This document shows, in pieces, positions 1 to 8,713 of a stretch of 64,000 nt of DNA (position 1 is its first letter; each line of letters opens with the position of its first letter). The translations under genes were made by a program, and so were the position numbers. The notes beneath the pieces are model-generated. The model saw only the letters and a program-made list of their open reading frames with translations, had not been told where the DNA came from and did no database searches. Source of the stretch: Dehalococcoidia bacterium. GTDB lineage: Bacteria > Chloroflexota > Dehalococcoidia > Lucifugimonadales > JADFKI01. The stretch is taken from NCBI GenBank assembly GCA_965242555.1, contig CBDESO010000010.1:37026-101025 (forward strand), in the 5' to 3' direction.

Positions 1-97
1 ACTTGCAGCAGCAGCGACAGCAGGGCATCGCCCCAATCGCGCCATACGAACAAGACGCCAACAGGCAATAACTCGCGACAGCAAAGGCAAGACAGAA

Positions 98-628
98 ATG
101 ACCGAACCGCGCTCGCTCACCATAGCCCAAGACCGCTGGCTAACCGATACAAGGGCATACAACCTGATATGGCTGGGGCGCTGGCTGGAGCGCGCCGAGA
201 GCGCCGCTCGCGCCGCCGACACCGCCGCCAAGCGCGCCCTCCGCGACGGCGGCGACGCGGACGCGCTAACCACCAGCCTGCTAGACACCGCGTCATCGCT
301 GGGCGTATCCCCGCCCGACCCGGCGTCCGCGGCGGAGGAACTCTTCCTGCGAAACGAGGCGTCGTCAGTCCTGCAATGCCTAGTCAAGGCGCGCCTAACC
401 GCCACGCAGATAGCCCCCGTTGAGCTCATGGCGGCGCTAACAGAGGCGATAGCCGAAATAGAGGCGCTATCCCCCGCCGCGCTGCAAACGCCGCAGCAAA
501 TCATAGACGCCGCCACATTCGCCATAGCCCGCCTAACCCACGCCGCCCGCCTGATAGAGGACGAGTGGTTCGGCCGGGAGACGCTGAGCGACGAAGAGGT
601 GTATCGGCGGTTCGCGCAGCAGCAGTAG
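98..628 (+). CDS. alpha-E (DUF403)-like domain protein, hypothetical
   Basis: 176-aa ORF. AYNLIWLGRWLERAESAARAAD resembles the W-x-GRY-x-ERAE signature of alpha-E domain proteins. Shorter than typical family members. Confidence 0.45.
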   Translation: MTEPRSLTIAQDRWLTDTRAYNLIWLGRWLERAESAARAADTAAKRALRDGGDADALTTSLLDTASSLGVSPPDPASAAEELFLRNEASSVLQCLVKARLTATQIAPVELMAALTEAIAEIEALSPAALQTPQQIIDAATFAIARLTHAARLIEDEWFGRETLSDEEVYRRFAQQQ

Positions 629-680
629 GGGGTATGGGAAAGATGCGCGGCGCTAGGCAACGATAGCCGCCCGCATGGAA

Positions 681-1484
681 CTATCGCCAGCTAAGCTCAA
701 GCGGGATGGAATACCGCGCCGAATTCAGCAGGCGGATGCTGTTGTAGTCGTTTGGGTCGTCAAACCCAAAATGCCAGATATGGTATTCGTTGTTCCTTGT
801 GCGCTGAAAGAACAGCGTTGAAACCCGCTTGCTAAGGTGCATCTGCCAGTAGCGAAACGGGTAGTAGAGCCGTCGGATAATCGTGTTGTTGGCGTTCCCG
901 CTTTTGGATTCAACCAACGCAACCTGCTCCGCGCCCTCATAGCCGCCGTCCACTTTGATCTGAACGCTTCTTGCGGTAATCTCAAATTCGCCGGTCACGA
1001 AATTGAACGCAGAAGTGTATCGTCTTCCCCGAATGGCTAATGCCAACGAATCATCATTTACAACATGATGAATCAAGCCCAGCGCGTAGGCGCGATCTAG
1101 GTGATGCGTTTTTGAGTTGAGTACGCCTACTCGCGCAGTATCCGGCGCGAAAGGAAAATCACTTTGGTATTCCAACAGCGGCGTTTCAATCGGCGGAACA
1201 TCCGCATATCCCTCGCCTTTGATGATGGCGTAATGCCCGTTCCTAACCGGCAATATGAAAAGCCCCCTTTCAACAAAGGCTAACGGGCGAGATTCCCTAG
1301 TGTCTTGTTTGCAGAGACTACGCGCCTCTTTCTCGCTTGCGCGCTCGAAGTGCTGACATGCCGCCTTAATCTGTGCGCTTGATATGTGAAACGGCGCGGC
1401 GTCAAAGTCATGCCGGTCAATCGCGTATCGCTCGAAGATAGCGTTCCAACCGCGGGTCATGGCAGAACTTTTGCTGAGCGTCAT
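681..1484 (-). CDS. hypothetical protein, putative PD-(D/E)XK restriction-endonuclease-like
   Basis: 267-aa ORF in a lower-GC stretch (27/60 G+C at 1021-1080). Candidate catalytic signature VDGGYEG...VALVESK (D...E-x-K). No recognisable named family by eye. Confidence 0.55.
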   Translation of the reverse strand: MTLSKSSAMTRGWNAIFERYAIDRHDFDAAPFHISSAQIKAACQHFERASEKEARSLCKQDTRESRPLAFVERGLFILPVRNGHYAIIKGEGYADVPPIETPLLEYQSDFPFAPDTARVGVLNSKTHHLDRAYALGLIHHVVNDDSLALAIRGRRYTSAFNFVTGEFEITARSVQIKVDGGYEGAEQVALVESKSGNANNTIIRRLYYPFRYWQMHLSKRVSTLFFQRTRNNEYHIWHFGFDDPNDYNSIRLLNSARYSIPLELSWR

Positions 1485-1541
1485 ACAACTCCCCCACCAT
1501 TAGTTGACTTAGTTGGCTACCGATTGCCTGAGTGGAGTGTA

Positions 1542-2273
1542 TCACCACCTGCCTTGGTCATACTTATTTTCTAGCGCGTCAATCCCCATAAACTCCACGC
1601 GCTTGCGCTTGCGAATTTCATAGAAGATGTCCCGCGCCATCCTGTCCGCAAAATGGCTTTGCCTATATGTTGGCGCAACTATTCTGAGTTTCGCGTAAAA
1701 ATCTTGCAGTTCGTGGAATTTGGACAGCGAATTTAGCATATCGGTAGTCATCTCCACCTCGAACATCTCTTCCGGCATGCATCGCCGGTTGAACCAGATG
1801 ACATCCACCGTCCTTGCATGACGCAGAACTCCCTCATATCCGAATTTCGGCAGTTCGGTTATATCGCATACGTCACCGAGGCGTTGATTTATGAAAGGCT
1901 TGTTCTTGTCTTGCGCCGGCACGTAGGTCTTGTAGTTCCGTGCGTTGCCGATTTCAACTAGCAAGCCTTGATAATACGAGTGGCCGCGCTCTTGCACATC
2001 TTCCGGCGACTCCCCCTGCTTCGGTAGGTTGTACTCTCGCTCATACTTCTCGGCCTGTTCGCGGACGCAGTACAGCCCAGGCTTCAGCGTATGGAAATGC
2101 TCCGATTGCTGACGCACGATGCGGCGTATGGTTGCATCCGGGGTTTTGGTGCCCCATTTCGTCCCAGCGCCGCCAGGCGAAAGAAGAACTTGGTTCAGCT
2201 GCGACAGCGTAGCAATGCCGCCCAGCCCCTCAAGCGCGGACAAAACCTGTTGCCACTGCGGTATCTTCTTCAT
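1542..2273 (-). CDS. hypothetical protein, N-terminal winged-helix-like domain + C-terminal PD-(D/E)XK-like nuclease domain
   Basis: 243-aa ORF. The N-terminus (IATLSQLNQVL...TIRRIVRQ...LKPGLYCV) looks like Mrr-N/HARE-type wHTH. The C-terminus has HSYYQGLLVEIGN...VDVIWF...MFEVEMTTD, a nuclease-core pattern. Lies 57 nt upstream of the 681..1484 gene on the same strand. Confidence 0.6.
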   Translation of the reverse strand: MKKIPQWQQVLSALEGLGGIATLSQLNQVLLSPGGAGTKWGTKTPDATIRRIVRQQSEHFHTLKPGLYCVREQAEKYEREYNLPKQGESPEDVQERGHSYYQGLLVEIGNARNYKTYVPAQDKNKPFINQRLGDVCDITELPKFGYEGVLRHARTVDVIWFNRRCMPEEMFEVEMTTDMLNSLSKFHELQDFYAKLRIVAPTYRQSHFADRMARDIFYEIRKRKRVEFMGIDALENKYDQGRW

Positions 2274-2408
2274 GCGCCGCTCCTTGTCATATCGCCATCA
2301 GTTTCACCATCACTATTATAATACCACACTCACGAAAATGCGTCAGCATGGCAAAGCGCGTACTCATCAGCAACGAATTGCCGGAGCGCCTTGCGCTTGT
2401 GCAAGTAA

Positions 2409-2792
2409 TTAGGTAGCGTCACGCAAATTCTGTAGCTGATCCGAATACCGCTGAGCGGCGGCGGCGCGCATATCGGAAAGAAAGTCGCGCCCGTCCGGCG
2501 TACTTTCCAAGCCTACGATGATGTCCGCCACAATCAGCCACTGGAACTCTTGCAAATCATCCCACAACCCTGGCGGGGGTTCGGCATCCCTGAGCGCGCT
2601 ATCAACCCAATGCCGAAAGATTTGGGATTGGGTTGCTTCGTCTGGCGTAAGGTATATGGGGTCATCATACTCGTAACCGGCGGGTTTTTCGACGTTAGCC
2701 CTGCGCTCTATCGCGGCAAGCGTAGCCTCGATCAATGAATGGCGCGTTGGGTAAGTCAATATATATGTGGTGTCCATTGGGTCGTTGAGCAT
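2409..2792 (-). CDS. hypothetical protein
   Basis: 127-aa ORF, same strand as and upstream of the two nuclease-like genes. No recognisable motif. Confidence 0.45.
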   Translation of the reverse strand: MLNDPMDTTYILTYPTRHSLIEATLAAIERRANVEKPAGYEYDDPIYLTPDEATQSQIFRHWVDSALRDAEPPPGLWDDLQEFQWLIVADIIVGLESTPDGRDFLSDMRAAAAQRYSDQLQNLRDAT

Positions 2793-2917
2793 ATCCGCCT
2801 CGCTCTGAACTATGATCCATTCGTTCTAACAACTATAGCACATCCGCGAAAACCTGATCTACCCATATCAACCCAAAAATCCGCCAATTTGCGCCAAATT
2901 TCCCCCAATCCTCCCAA

Positions 2918-2947
2918 TTGGAATAAACCCCAACCAACCGCTATAAT
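2918..2947 (+). promoter_or_regulatory. sigma70-like promoter for the ATPase/DUF4276 operon
   Basis: TTGGAA (2918-2923), 18-nt spacer, TATAAT (2942-2947). Preceded by four CCAAT(T) tracts starting at 2886, 2896, 2907 and 2916 (about 10-nt phasing). GGAG lies 7 nt before ATG 2988. Confidence 0.55.
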
Positions 2948-2987
2948 CTACCCAACACAAGTTGCCCCCGCGCCGCCGGAGCGAAAA

Positions 2988-4163
2988 ATGCGAATAGAAA
3001 GCGTATCAATCAAAAACTACCGCTGCTTTCGCGGGGTGGAACTCAACAACCTGCCGCGGATGACGATTGTGGTCGGCGCCAACGGCTCAGGCAAATCAAC
3101 CCTGCTGGACGTATTCGCGTTTCTCAAAGACGCGCTCGCCCAAAACGTCGCCTACGCCGTCGCCCGGCGCGGCGGCTACCGCGAACTCGCCAGCCGCGAG
3201 CAGCCGGGCCCCATAGAGATTGAACTCAAACTCCGCCGCGCGAAAGACAGCCCCCTCGCAACCTACACGCTCCGAGTAGCCGAAGACGGCGGCGACGCGG
3301 TGGTAGAGCGCGAACTGCTCCGATACCGCAACGGCGCATACGGGCAGCCCTGGCATCTCGTCGACTTCCGGCGCGGGCAAGGCAGCGTCGCCGCAAACGA
3401 ATCCGAGTACGCCGACCAAGACGCGGCGGCGGAACGCGAAGAGTTCGCGCTAGACGCCCCCAACATCCTCGCCATAAAAGCGCTGGGGCAATTTCGCAAA
3501 TTCCCCATCATATCCGAGTTTCGCAAATTCATAGAGGCATGGCGCATCTCCGACTTGCGCGCCGCCGAGGCGCCCTCAAGCGCAGAGGCGGGCCACGCCA
3601 AACATCTATCCCCGCGCGGCGAGAACCTGGCGCAAGCCGCACACTACCTGCGCCAAAATCACCCCGACGAATTCAAGCGCGTCCTAAGATCTATGAGACG
3701 GCGCATCCCCGGCGTCAACGACATAGACGCGAAATCCACCGAAGACGGCCGCCTGCTCCTCCGCTTTCAGGACGGCGGATTCAAAGACCCATTCATAGCC
3801 CGCTCCGTATCCGATGGCACAATCAAGATGTTCGCCTACCTAATCCTGCTAAACGACCCCGCGCCTCATCCGCTGCTCATCGTAGAAGAGCCGGAGATCC
3901 AACTCTACCCCGACATTCTCTACGAACTGATAGAAGAGTTCAGGATATACGCCGAGCGCGGCGGACAGGTTTTTATCTCAACGCATTCCCCCGAATTCCT
4001 GAACTGGGCTAAGCTGGATGAGATATTCTGGCTAGTCAAGCAAGACGGCTTTGCCACCGCGAGGCGCGCGTCCGGCAGCGAACTGCTGAATTCGCTGGTG
4101 GCGGCGGGCGACCTGCCCGGCGAGCTTTGGAAACAAAACCTGTTCGAGGGAGCCAGCCCTTGA
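2988..4163 (+). CDS. ABC/SMC-like ATPase of the AAA_15/AAA_21 type
   Basis: Walker A GANGSGKST, signature-like SDGTIKMF, Walker B LLIVEEPE, H-loop ISTHSP. Start moved to ATG 2988 (MRIESVSIKNYRCF) from the track start 2739, which overlaps the divergent gene. Confidence 0.85.
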   Translation: MRIESVSIKNYRCFRGVELNNLPRMTIVVGANGSGKSTLLDVFAFLKDALAQNVAYAVARRGGYRELASREQPGPIEIELKLRRAKDSPLATYTLRVAEDGGDAVVERELLRYRNGAYGQPWHLVDFRRGQGSVAANESEYADQDAAAEREEFALDAPNILAIKALGQFRKFPIISEFRKFIEAWRISDLRAAEAPSSAEAGHAKHLSPRGENLAQAAHYLRQNHPDEFKRVLRSMRRRIPGVNDIDAKSTEDGRLLLRFQDGGFKDPFIARSVSDGTIKMFAYLILLNDPAPHPLLIVEEPEIQLYPDILYELIEEFRIYAERGGQVFISTHSPEFLNWAKLDEIFWLVKQDGFATARRASGSELLNSLVAAGDLPGELWKQNLFEGASP

Positions 4164-4723
4164 TGAACAAGATAGTCTTCCTGCTGGAGGAACCATCTAT
4201 GAAAACTCTGCTTGAGGGGATGCTGCCGCGAATGTTTCCCGAAACGCAGTTCCAATTCGTTGCCTATAAGGGAAAGAGCGCTCTAGAAAAAAGCATCCCG
4301 CACAAACTGCGAGATTGGCGAGAGCCGGGCGTCCGTTTTGTCATCATCCGCGACAACGACGGCGGCGACTGCATAGCCCTCAAAGAGCGGCTAACGCGGC
4401 TTTGCGCCGCAGGCGGCAGGGATGATTCGCTTGTGCGAATAGTGTGCCAGGAACTCGAGGCGTGGTATCTGGGCGATACTTACGCGCTTGCCCAGGCTTT
4501 TGGCAATGAGCGGCTGGCAAGCATTGGGCGGCGCGCGCGCTTTCGCAATCCCGACGACATGCCAAAGCCGTCCGACGCTCTGAAAGAACTGATACCCAAC
4601 TTCCACAAAGCCGACGCCGCCGAACTAATGGCAACCCATATATCCAGGGAACGCAATATATCCCCCAGTTTCCAAGCCCTGCTAACCGGCATTGACAGAC
4701 TAATATCCGGCTGCGCGGCATAG
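4163..4723 (+). CDS. DUF4276-like (Toprim-like) protein
   Basis: 186 aa starting MNKIVFLLEEPSM. ATG overlaps the ATPase stop in TGATG (4161-4165). Acidic motifs FLLEEPS, IIRDNDGGD and QELEAWYLGD match my recollection of the DUF4276 family. Confidence 0.7.
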   Translation: MNKIVFLLEEPSMKTLLEGMLPRMFPETQFQFVAYKGKSALEKSIPHKLRDWREPGVRFVIIRDNDGGDCIALKERLTRLCAAGGRDDSLVRIVCQELEAWYLGDTYALAQAFGNERLASIGRRARFRNPDDMPKPSDALKELIPNFHKADAAELMATHISRERNISPSFQALLTGIDRLISGCAA

Positions 4724-4816
4724 ACGCGCGATATAGAGTAGAATAGTGCAACCCACCCCCACGACGCCAAACCCGTCGCAGCCCACAATAAAACATCAGC
4801 GTAAGGACACCCCACA

Positions 4817-5524
4817 ATGAACGGCATCCACGACCTCGGCGGCATGCACGGCTTCGGCGCCATACCCCGCGAACAAGACCCCGAACCCGTCTTTCACGCG
4901 CGGTGGGAAAGCCGCGTGTATGGCATCGTTACCGCTATCCGCGAAGAGCGCGATGTGTATGCGCCATACGGCTCGCGCCACTACATTGAGAGCATCCCGC
5001 CCGCGCGCTATCTGGCGGCGAGCTACTACGAAAAGTGGATGCTGGCGCTGGAGGCGGCGCTTGTGAATGGCGGCTTGATAGCGCAGTCTGAGATGGATGC
5101 CCGCGCGAACCTTTATGCCGATAATCCCGCTACTCCCGTCCCATCCCGCGCCGACCCGGCGCTGGCAGAGCGCGTCCGCCGGCGCGTCTATGCCCCCGCG
5201 CAACCCGCCCCATTGCCCCAAGCCACCCCGCGCTACGCAGTGGGCGATCCCGTCCGCGCGCGCAACATCCACCCGCCCGCGCACACCCGCCTGCCCCGCT
5301 ACATCCGCGGCAAGCGCGGCAGCATTGAGCGCATATATCCCGCCCAGCCGTTCCAAGACCTGCAGCCCATTGACGGCGCGAAAACCGGCGACCCGCTGCC
5401 CGTGTACAGCGTCCGCTTTGACGCGCGCGAACTCTGGGGCGGCGACGCCGAACCCAACCAAGCGCTCTACATTGATATGTGGGAAACCTATCTTGAACCC
5501 GCCGAATCCGCCGAACTTGCCTAG
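4817..5524 (+). CDS. nthB: nitrile hydratase beta subunit
   Basis: MNGIHDLGGMHGFG N-terminus, FHARWESR, HTRLPRYIRGKRG, VRFDARELWG: classic NHase beta motifs. Confidence 0.9.
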   Translation: MNGIHDLGGMHGFGAIPREQDPEPVFHARWESRVYGIVTAIREERDVYAPYGSRHYIESIPPARYLAASYYEKWMLALEAALVNGGLIAQSEMDARANLYADNPATPVPSRADPALAERVRRRVYAPAQPAPLPQATPRYAVGDPVRARNIHPPAHTRLPRYIRGKRGSIERIYPAQPFQDLQPIDGAKTGDPLPVYSVRFDARELWGGDAEPNQALYIDMWETYLEPAESAELA

Positions 5525-5528
5525 CGCT

Positions 5529-6101
5529 ATGAACATATCCATCATCTACCACTCCGAAACCGGCAACACCGCGCGAATGGCGGCGCTCATCGCAGAGGGC
5601 TGCCGCAAAGCGCCGCGCGCCAATCCAAAGCCGATGCGCGTTGACGCGGTGGACGCCGATTTCGTGGCGCAATCCGCCGCCGTGATATTCGGCACGCCCA
5701 CGCACGGCGGCAACATCAGCTGGCAAATCAAGCGCTTTCTGGAAGAGATAGACCAAGCCGCGCTTGCCGGCAAGCTCGGCGGGGTGTTCGCATCCCAGAA
5801 TTGGCCCGGCGGAGGCGGCGCCAGTTTCGCCGAAATGAGCCTCATCGCATCCCTGCTCGTCAGAGGCATGCTAATATACTCCGGCGGCATGTCCGCCTCC
5901 GACCCGCCCGTCCACTTCGGCGCCGTATCCCACCGCGCGCCCGACGACCCGCTCTACCGCGACCGATGCCTAGCGCTCGGCGAAAACATCGCCCGCAAAG
6001 CCGCTGAGATATTCGCGCAAGACGCCGCCGTTGCCGAACCCAATCCCACGCATCCGAACAATCCCGCCCCCAGCAATCCCGCAAGCGAGGCATCCCTATG
6101 A
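5529..6101 (+). CDS. flavodoxin-like protein
   Basis: [18 protein letters not shown]... flavodoxin-type FMN-binding N-terminus, FGTPTHGG, Pro/Asn-rich C-tail. Stop overlaps the nthA start (ATGA at 6098-6101). Confidence 0.7.
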   Translation: MNISIIYHSETGNTARMAALIAEGCRKAPRANPKPMRVDAVDADFVAQSAAVIFGTPTHGGNISWQIKRFLEEIDQAALAGKLGGVFASQNWPGGGGASFAEMSLIASLLVRGMLIYSGGMSASDPPVHFGAVSHRAPDDPLYRDRCLALGENIARKAAEIFAQDAAVAEPNPTHPNNPAPSNPASEASL

Positions 6102-6766
6102 GCGAACACGCCGCCCAACCCGCCGCCCGCGCGCCCGAACACGATCCCGCCCTGCGTACTATGGCGATAGAATCCCTGCTCATAGAGAAAGGGCTAATCT
6201 CAACCGACGCCATAGACGCGCGCGTACAGGCGTATGAGCAAGACATCGGCCCCCTCAACGGCGCGAAAGTGGTCGCCCGCGCGTGGACGCGGCCCGGCTA
6301 CAAGCGCCGCCTGCTGGAAAACGGCGCTGCCGCCATAGCCGAACTCGGATTCTCAGGCTCGCAAGGCGCTGAGATAGTGGTATTGGAAAACACGCCGCAA
6401 GTTCACAACGTCGTGGTATGCACGCTTTGCTCCTGCTACCCCTGGCCCGTGCTGGGCTTGCCCCCGCGCTGGTACAAGTCCGACGCCTACCGCGCCCGCG
6501 CCGTCATAGAGCCGCGCGCCGTCCTCAAAGAATTCGGCTTGGAACTGCCCGAATCGGTGGAAGTCCGCGTCTGGGACAGCAACTCCGACATCCGCTATAT
6601 GGTCTTGCCGCAGCGCCCGCCCAACACGGCGCATCTGAGCGAGAGCGAACTAGCCGCCCTAGTCAGCAGGGACAGCATGATAGGCGTCGCCAAAGCCGCC
6701 GCGCCGTCGGATAGCGTATCATCAAACAATCCGACGTCAGCGCCGGCGGACAGCCCGTCGCCATAG
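6098..6766 (+). CDS. nthA: nitrile hydratase alpha subunit, cobalt type
   Basis: Metal-binding [10 protein letters not shown] motif (Thr variant is the cobalt type), plus [10 protein letters not shown]. Confidence 0.9.
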   Translation: MSEHAAQPAARAPEHDPALRTMAIESLLIEKGLISTDAIDARVQAYEQDIGPLNGAKVVARAWTRPGYKRRLLENGAAAIAELGFSGSQGAEIVVLENTPQVHNVVVCTLCSCYPWPVLGLPPRWYKSDAYRARAVIEPRAVLKEFGLELPESVEVRVWDSNSDIRYMVLPQRPPNTAHLSESELAALVSRDSMIGVAKAAAPSDSVSSNNPTSAPADSPSP

Positions 6767-6778
6767 AGAGAACCCGCT

Positions 6779-7165
6779 ATGAACCCATCCCTTGACGCCA
6801 ACGCCAGCGCCCGCCCCGCCGACCTGCGCGGCGACCTCGCGCTCCCCCGCGCCAACGGCGAGCTCGTCTTCGCCCAGCCCTGGCAAGCCCGCGCTTTCGG
6901 CATAGCCGTCGCCCTAAACGAAAGCGGCGCATACCCCTGGCGCGACTTTCACGCCATCCTAGCCCGCGAAATCGCCGACCAGGGCAGCGGCGATGCGGCC
7001 GACCACTACTACGCCCGCTGGCTAACCGCCCTAGAAACCCTGCTCACCGAGCGCGGCATCCTATCCCCCGCCGAAATCGCCGCCCGCGCAGCCCAATGCG
7101 CCGCCGACGACCATCACGACGGCCATCTTGACAACCACAATCACGGCCGACATCATCGCCACTAG
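6779..7165 (+). CDS. nitrile hydratase accessory (activator/metallochaperone) protein
   Basis: Beta-subunit-like LVFAQPWQARAFGIAVAL and YYARWLTALETLL. His-rich tail DDHHDGHLDNHNHGRHHRH. Position directly after nthA. Confidence 0.75.
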   Translation: MNPSLDANASARPADLRGDLALPRANGELVFAQPWQARAFGIAVALNESGAYPWRDFHAILAREIADQGSGDAADHYYARWLTALETLLTERGILSPAEIAARAAQCAADDHHDGHLDNHNHGRHHRH

Positions 7166-7234
7166 CGCTAGTCAACGAACCCGCCAACCGGCGCAATCTA
7201 CCTGAATAAATAGGCAACAAGCGAGGCACCCGCA

Positions 7235-7663
7235 TTGACCAACCTAGACGATCTCACGATAGCCGGACTGATTGAAATAGCCGACCTGCAATATGGCGTG
7301 GTAACGCCGATAAGCCCCGAACTCGCCGATGGCAAGGCGGGCGCGCACATAAACCTGCCGCATCCGCGCATCGCCGACAAGTGGGGAATGCCCACCATAT
7401 TCGTCAGCGCATTCGCCGACGACGCGCTCGCCGGCAGCGGCATGGCGGCTATGGCTTGGGCGGTCTTGCTGCACGAAACCCCCGACGGCGATTTCATAGT
7501 CGCCAACAGCGGCGACGGCGCTACCCGCAGCTCCCACGACGACCTGCTTGACGCGCTCAGCGCCGCCGCGCAAGACGTCATAGCGATGCGCGATGAGGCG
7601 GTCACAGAGATCCAAGGCGCGCGCCACACAGACGAGCAGGGCCGCACGCACGGCTTGAACTAG
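7235..7663 (+). CDS. hypothetical protein
   Basis: 142-aa ORF with TTG start and GAGG 8 nt upstream. No recognisable motif. Confidence 0.35.
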   Translation: MTNLDDLTIAGLIEIADLQYGVVTPISPELADGKAGAHINLPHPRIADKWGMPTIFVSAFADDALAGSGMAAMAWAVLLHETPDGDFIVANSGDGATRSSHDDLLDALSAAAQDVIAMRDEAVTEIQGARHTDEQGRTHGLN

Positions 7664-7753
7664 CCCGTTGCCATTGGGATGCCGCCCGCGCTATCCGCCA
7701 TTGCCGCATCCATCTACGATAACTACGCCCGACATCACCACCAGCGAGCCAAC

Positions 7754-8530
7754 ATGACCACAGGCGCAATCTACCTCATAGGCATAGGCCCCGGCGATCC
7801 CGCCCTGCTAACCCCCGCCGCCGCGGACGCGCTCGCGCTCGCGCAAGTGGTCATAGGCTACGGCGGCTACACCGACCAAATCCGCCATCTCATAGAGGGC
7901 AATCCGGAGAGCAAGCGCGTAATCGCAATGCCGCTCGGCGAAGAGATGGCGCGCGCCGCCAAAGCCGCCCAACTCGCGGCGCAAGGCGAAACCGTCGCCC
8001 TCATATCATCCGGCGACGCCGGCATCTACGGCATGGCCGCCCCCCTCTACCAGCATCTAGCCGCAACCGGCTGGGACGGCGCGAACCCGCCCGTTCACGC
8101 AATCCCCGGCGTCTCCGCCGCCCAAGCCGCCGCCGCCATCCTCGGCGCTCCCCTTATGCAAGACTTCTGCGCCATAAGCCTCAGCGACCTGCTGACGCCT
8201 TGGCAAACCATCCGCAAGCGCCTTGACGCCGCCGCCCAAGCCGACTTCGTCATCGCCATATACAACCCGCGCAGCCGCAAGCGCCGCTCCCAAATCATAG
8301 AGGCGCGCCAAATCATCCTGCGCCACCGCAATCCCGAAACCCCCGTCGGCATCGTCCGCAACGCATCCCGCCCCGACCGGCGCGCCACCCTAACCACCCT
8401 CGCCGCCCTAGAAACGCATTACGACGCCATAGATATGTTCACCACCCTAATCATAGGCAACTCCGCCACCTACGCCCACGCCGGCCGAATGATAACGCCC
8501 AGGGGCTACCCCGACCCTGCCGCCGAATAG
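7754..8530 (+). CDS. cobJ: precorrin-3B C17-methyltransferase
   Basis: IYLIGIGPGDPALLT tetrapyrrole methylase N-terminus, SSGDAGIYGMA. Start placed at ATG 7754 (MTTGAIYLIG). Confidence 0.8.
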   Translation: MTTGAIYLIGIGPGDPALLTPAAADALALAQVVIGYGGYTDQIRHLIEGNPESKRVIAMPLGEEMARAAKAAQLAAQGETVALISSGDAGIYGMAAPLYQHLAATGWDGANPPVHAIPGVSAAQAAAAILGAPLMQDFCAISLSDLLTPWQTIRKRLDAAAQADFVIAIYNPRSRKRRSQIIEARQIILRHRNPETPVGIVRNASRPDRRATLTTLAALETHYDAIDMFTTLIIGNSATYAHAGRMITPRGYPDPAAE

Positions 8531-8713
8531 CCCGCGCCTTGTGTAATATAAAGATGGTATAGAGATAGCGCCGCGCATCCAAATAAACGCCCAATCGCCC
8601 GTTGCGCTATCATAATGTCGGTTTGATACTGCCCGCATCCAAAAGACGCCTGCATAATGGGCGCGAATGGCAACCGCAGGCGCAACACCGCCCGCCCATT
8701 CCAAAGGAACGCC

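Noticed and set aside
1-71. Possible 3' end of an upstream gene (frame ending TAA 69-71, ...LQQQRQQGIAPIAPYEQDANRQ).
   Set aside because: Too short and too low in complexity to support. No start or motif lies within the window.
2739-2987. N-terminal 83-aa extension of the ATPase as given by the ORF track.
   Set aside because: The extension overlaps the divergent 2409..2792 gene and the predicted promoter, and has no ATPase-family counterpart. ATG 2988 has a GGAG RBS and gives the canonical MRI.S..I.N(Y/F)R N-terminus.
8531-8713. Possible cobalamin riboswitch upstream of cobB (also checked upstream of cobJ and the 7235 ORF).
   Set aside because: I could not find the conserved B12-box or GCCACTG-type core on either strand by eye. 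An Infernal scan would be needed to exclude a divergent member.
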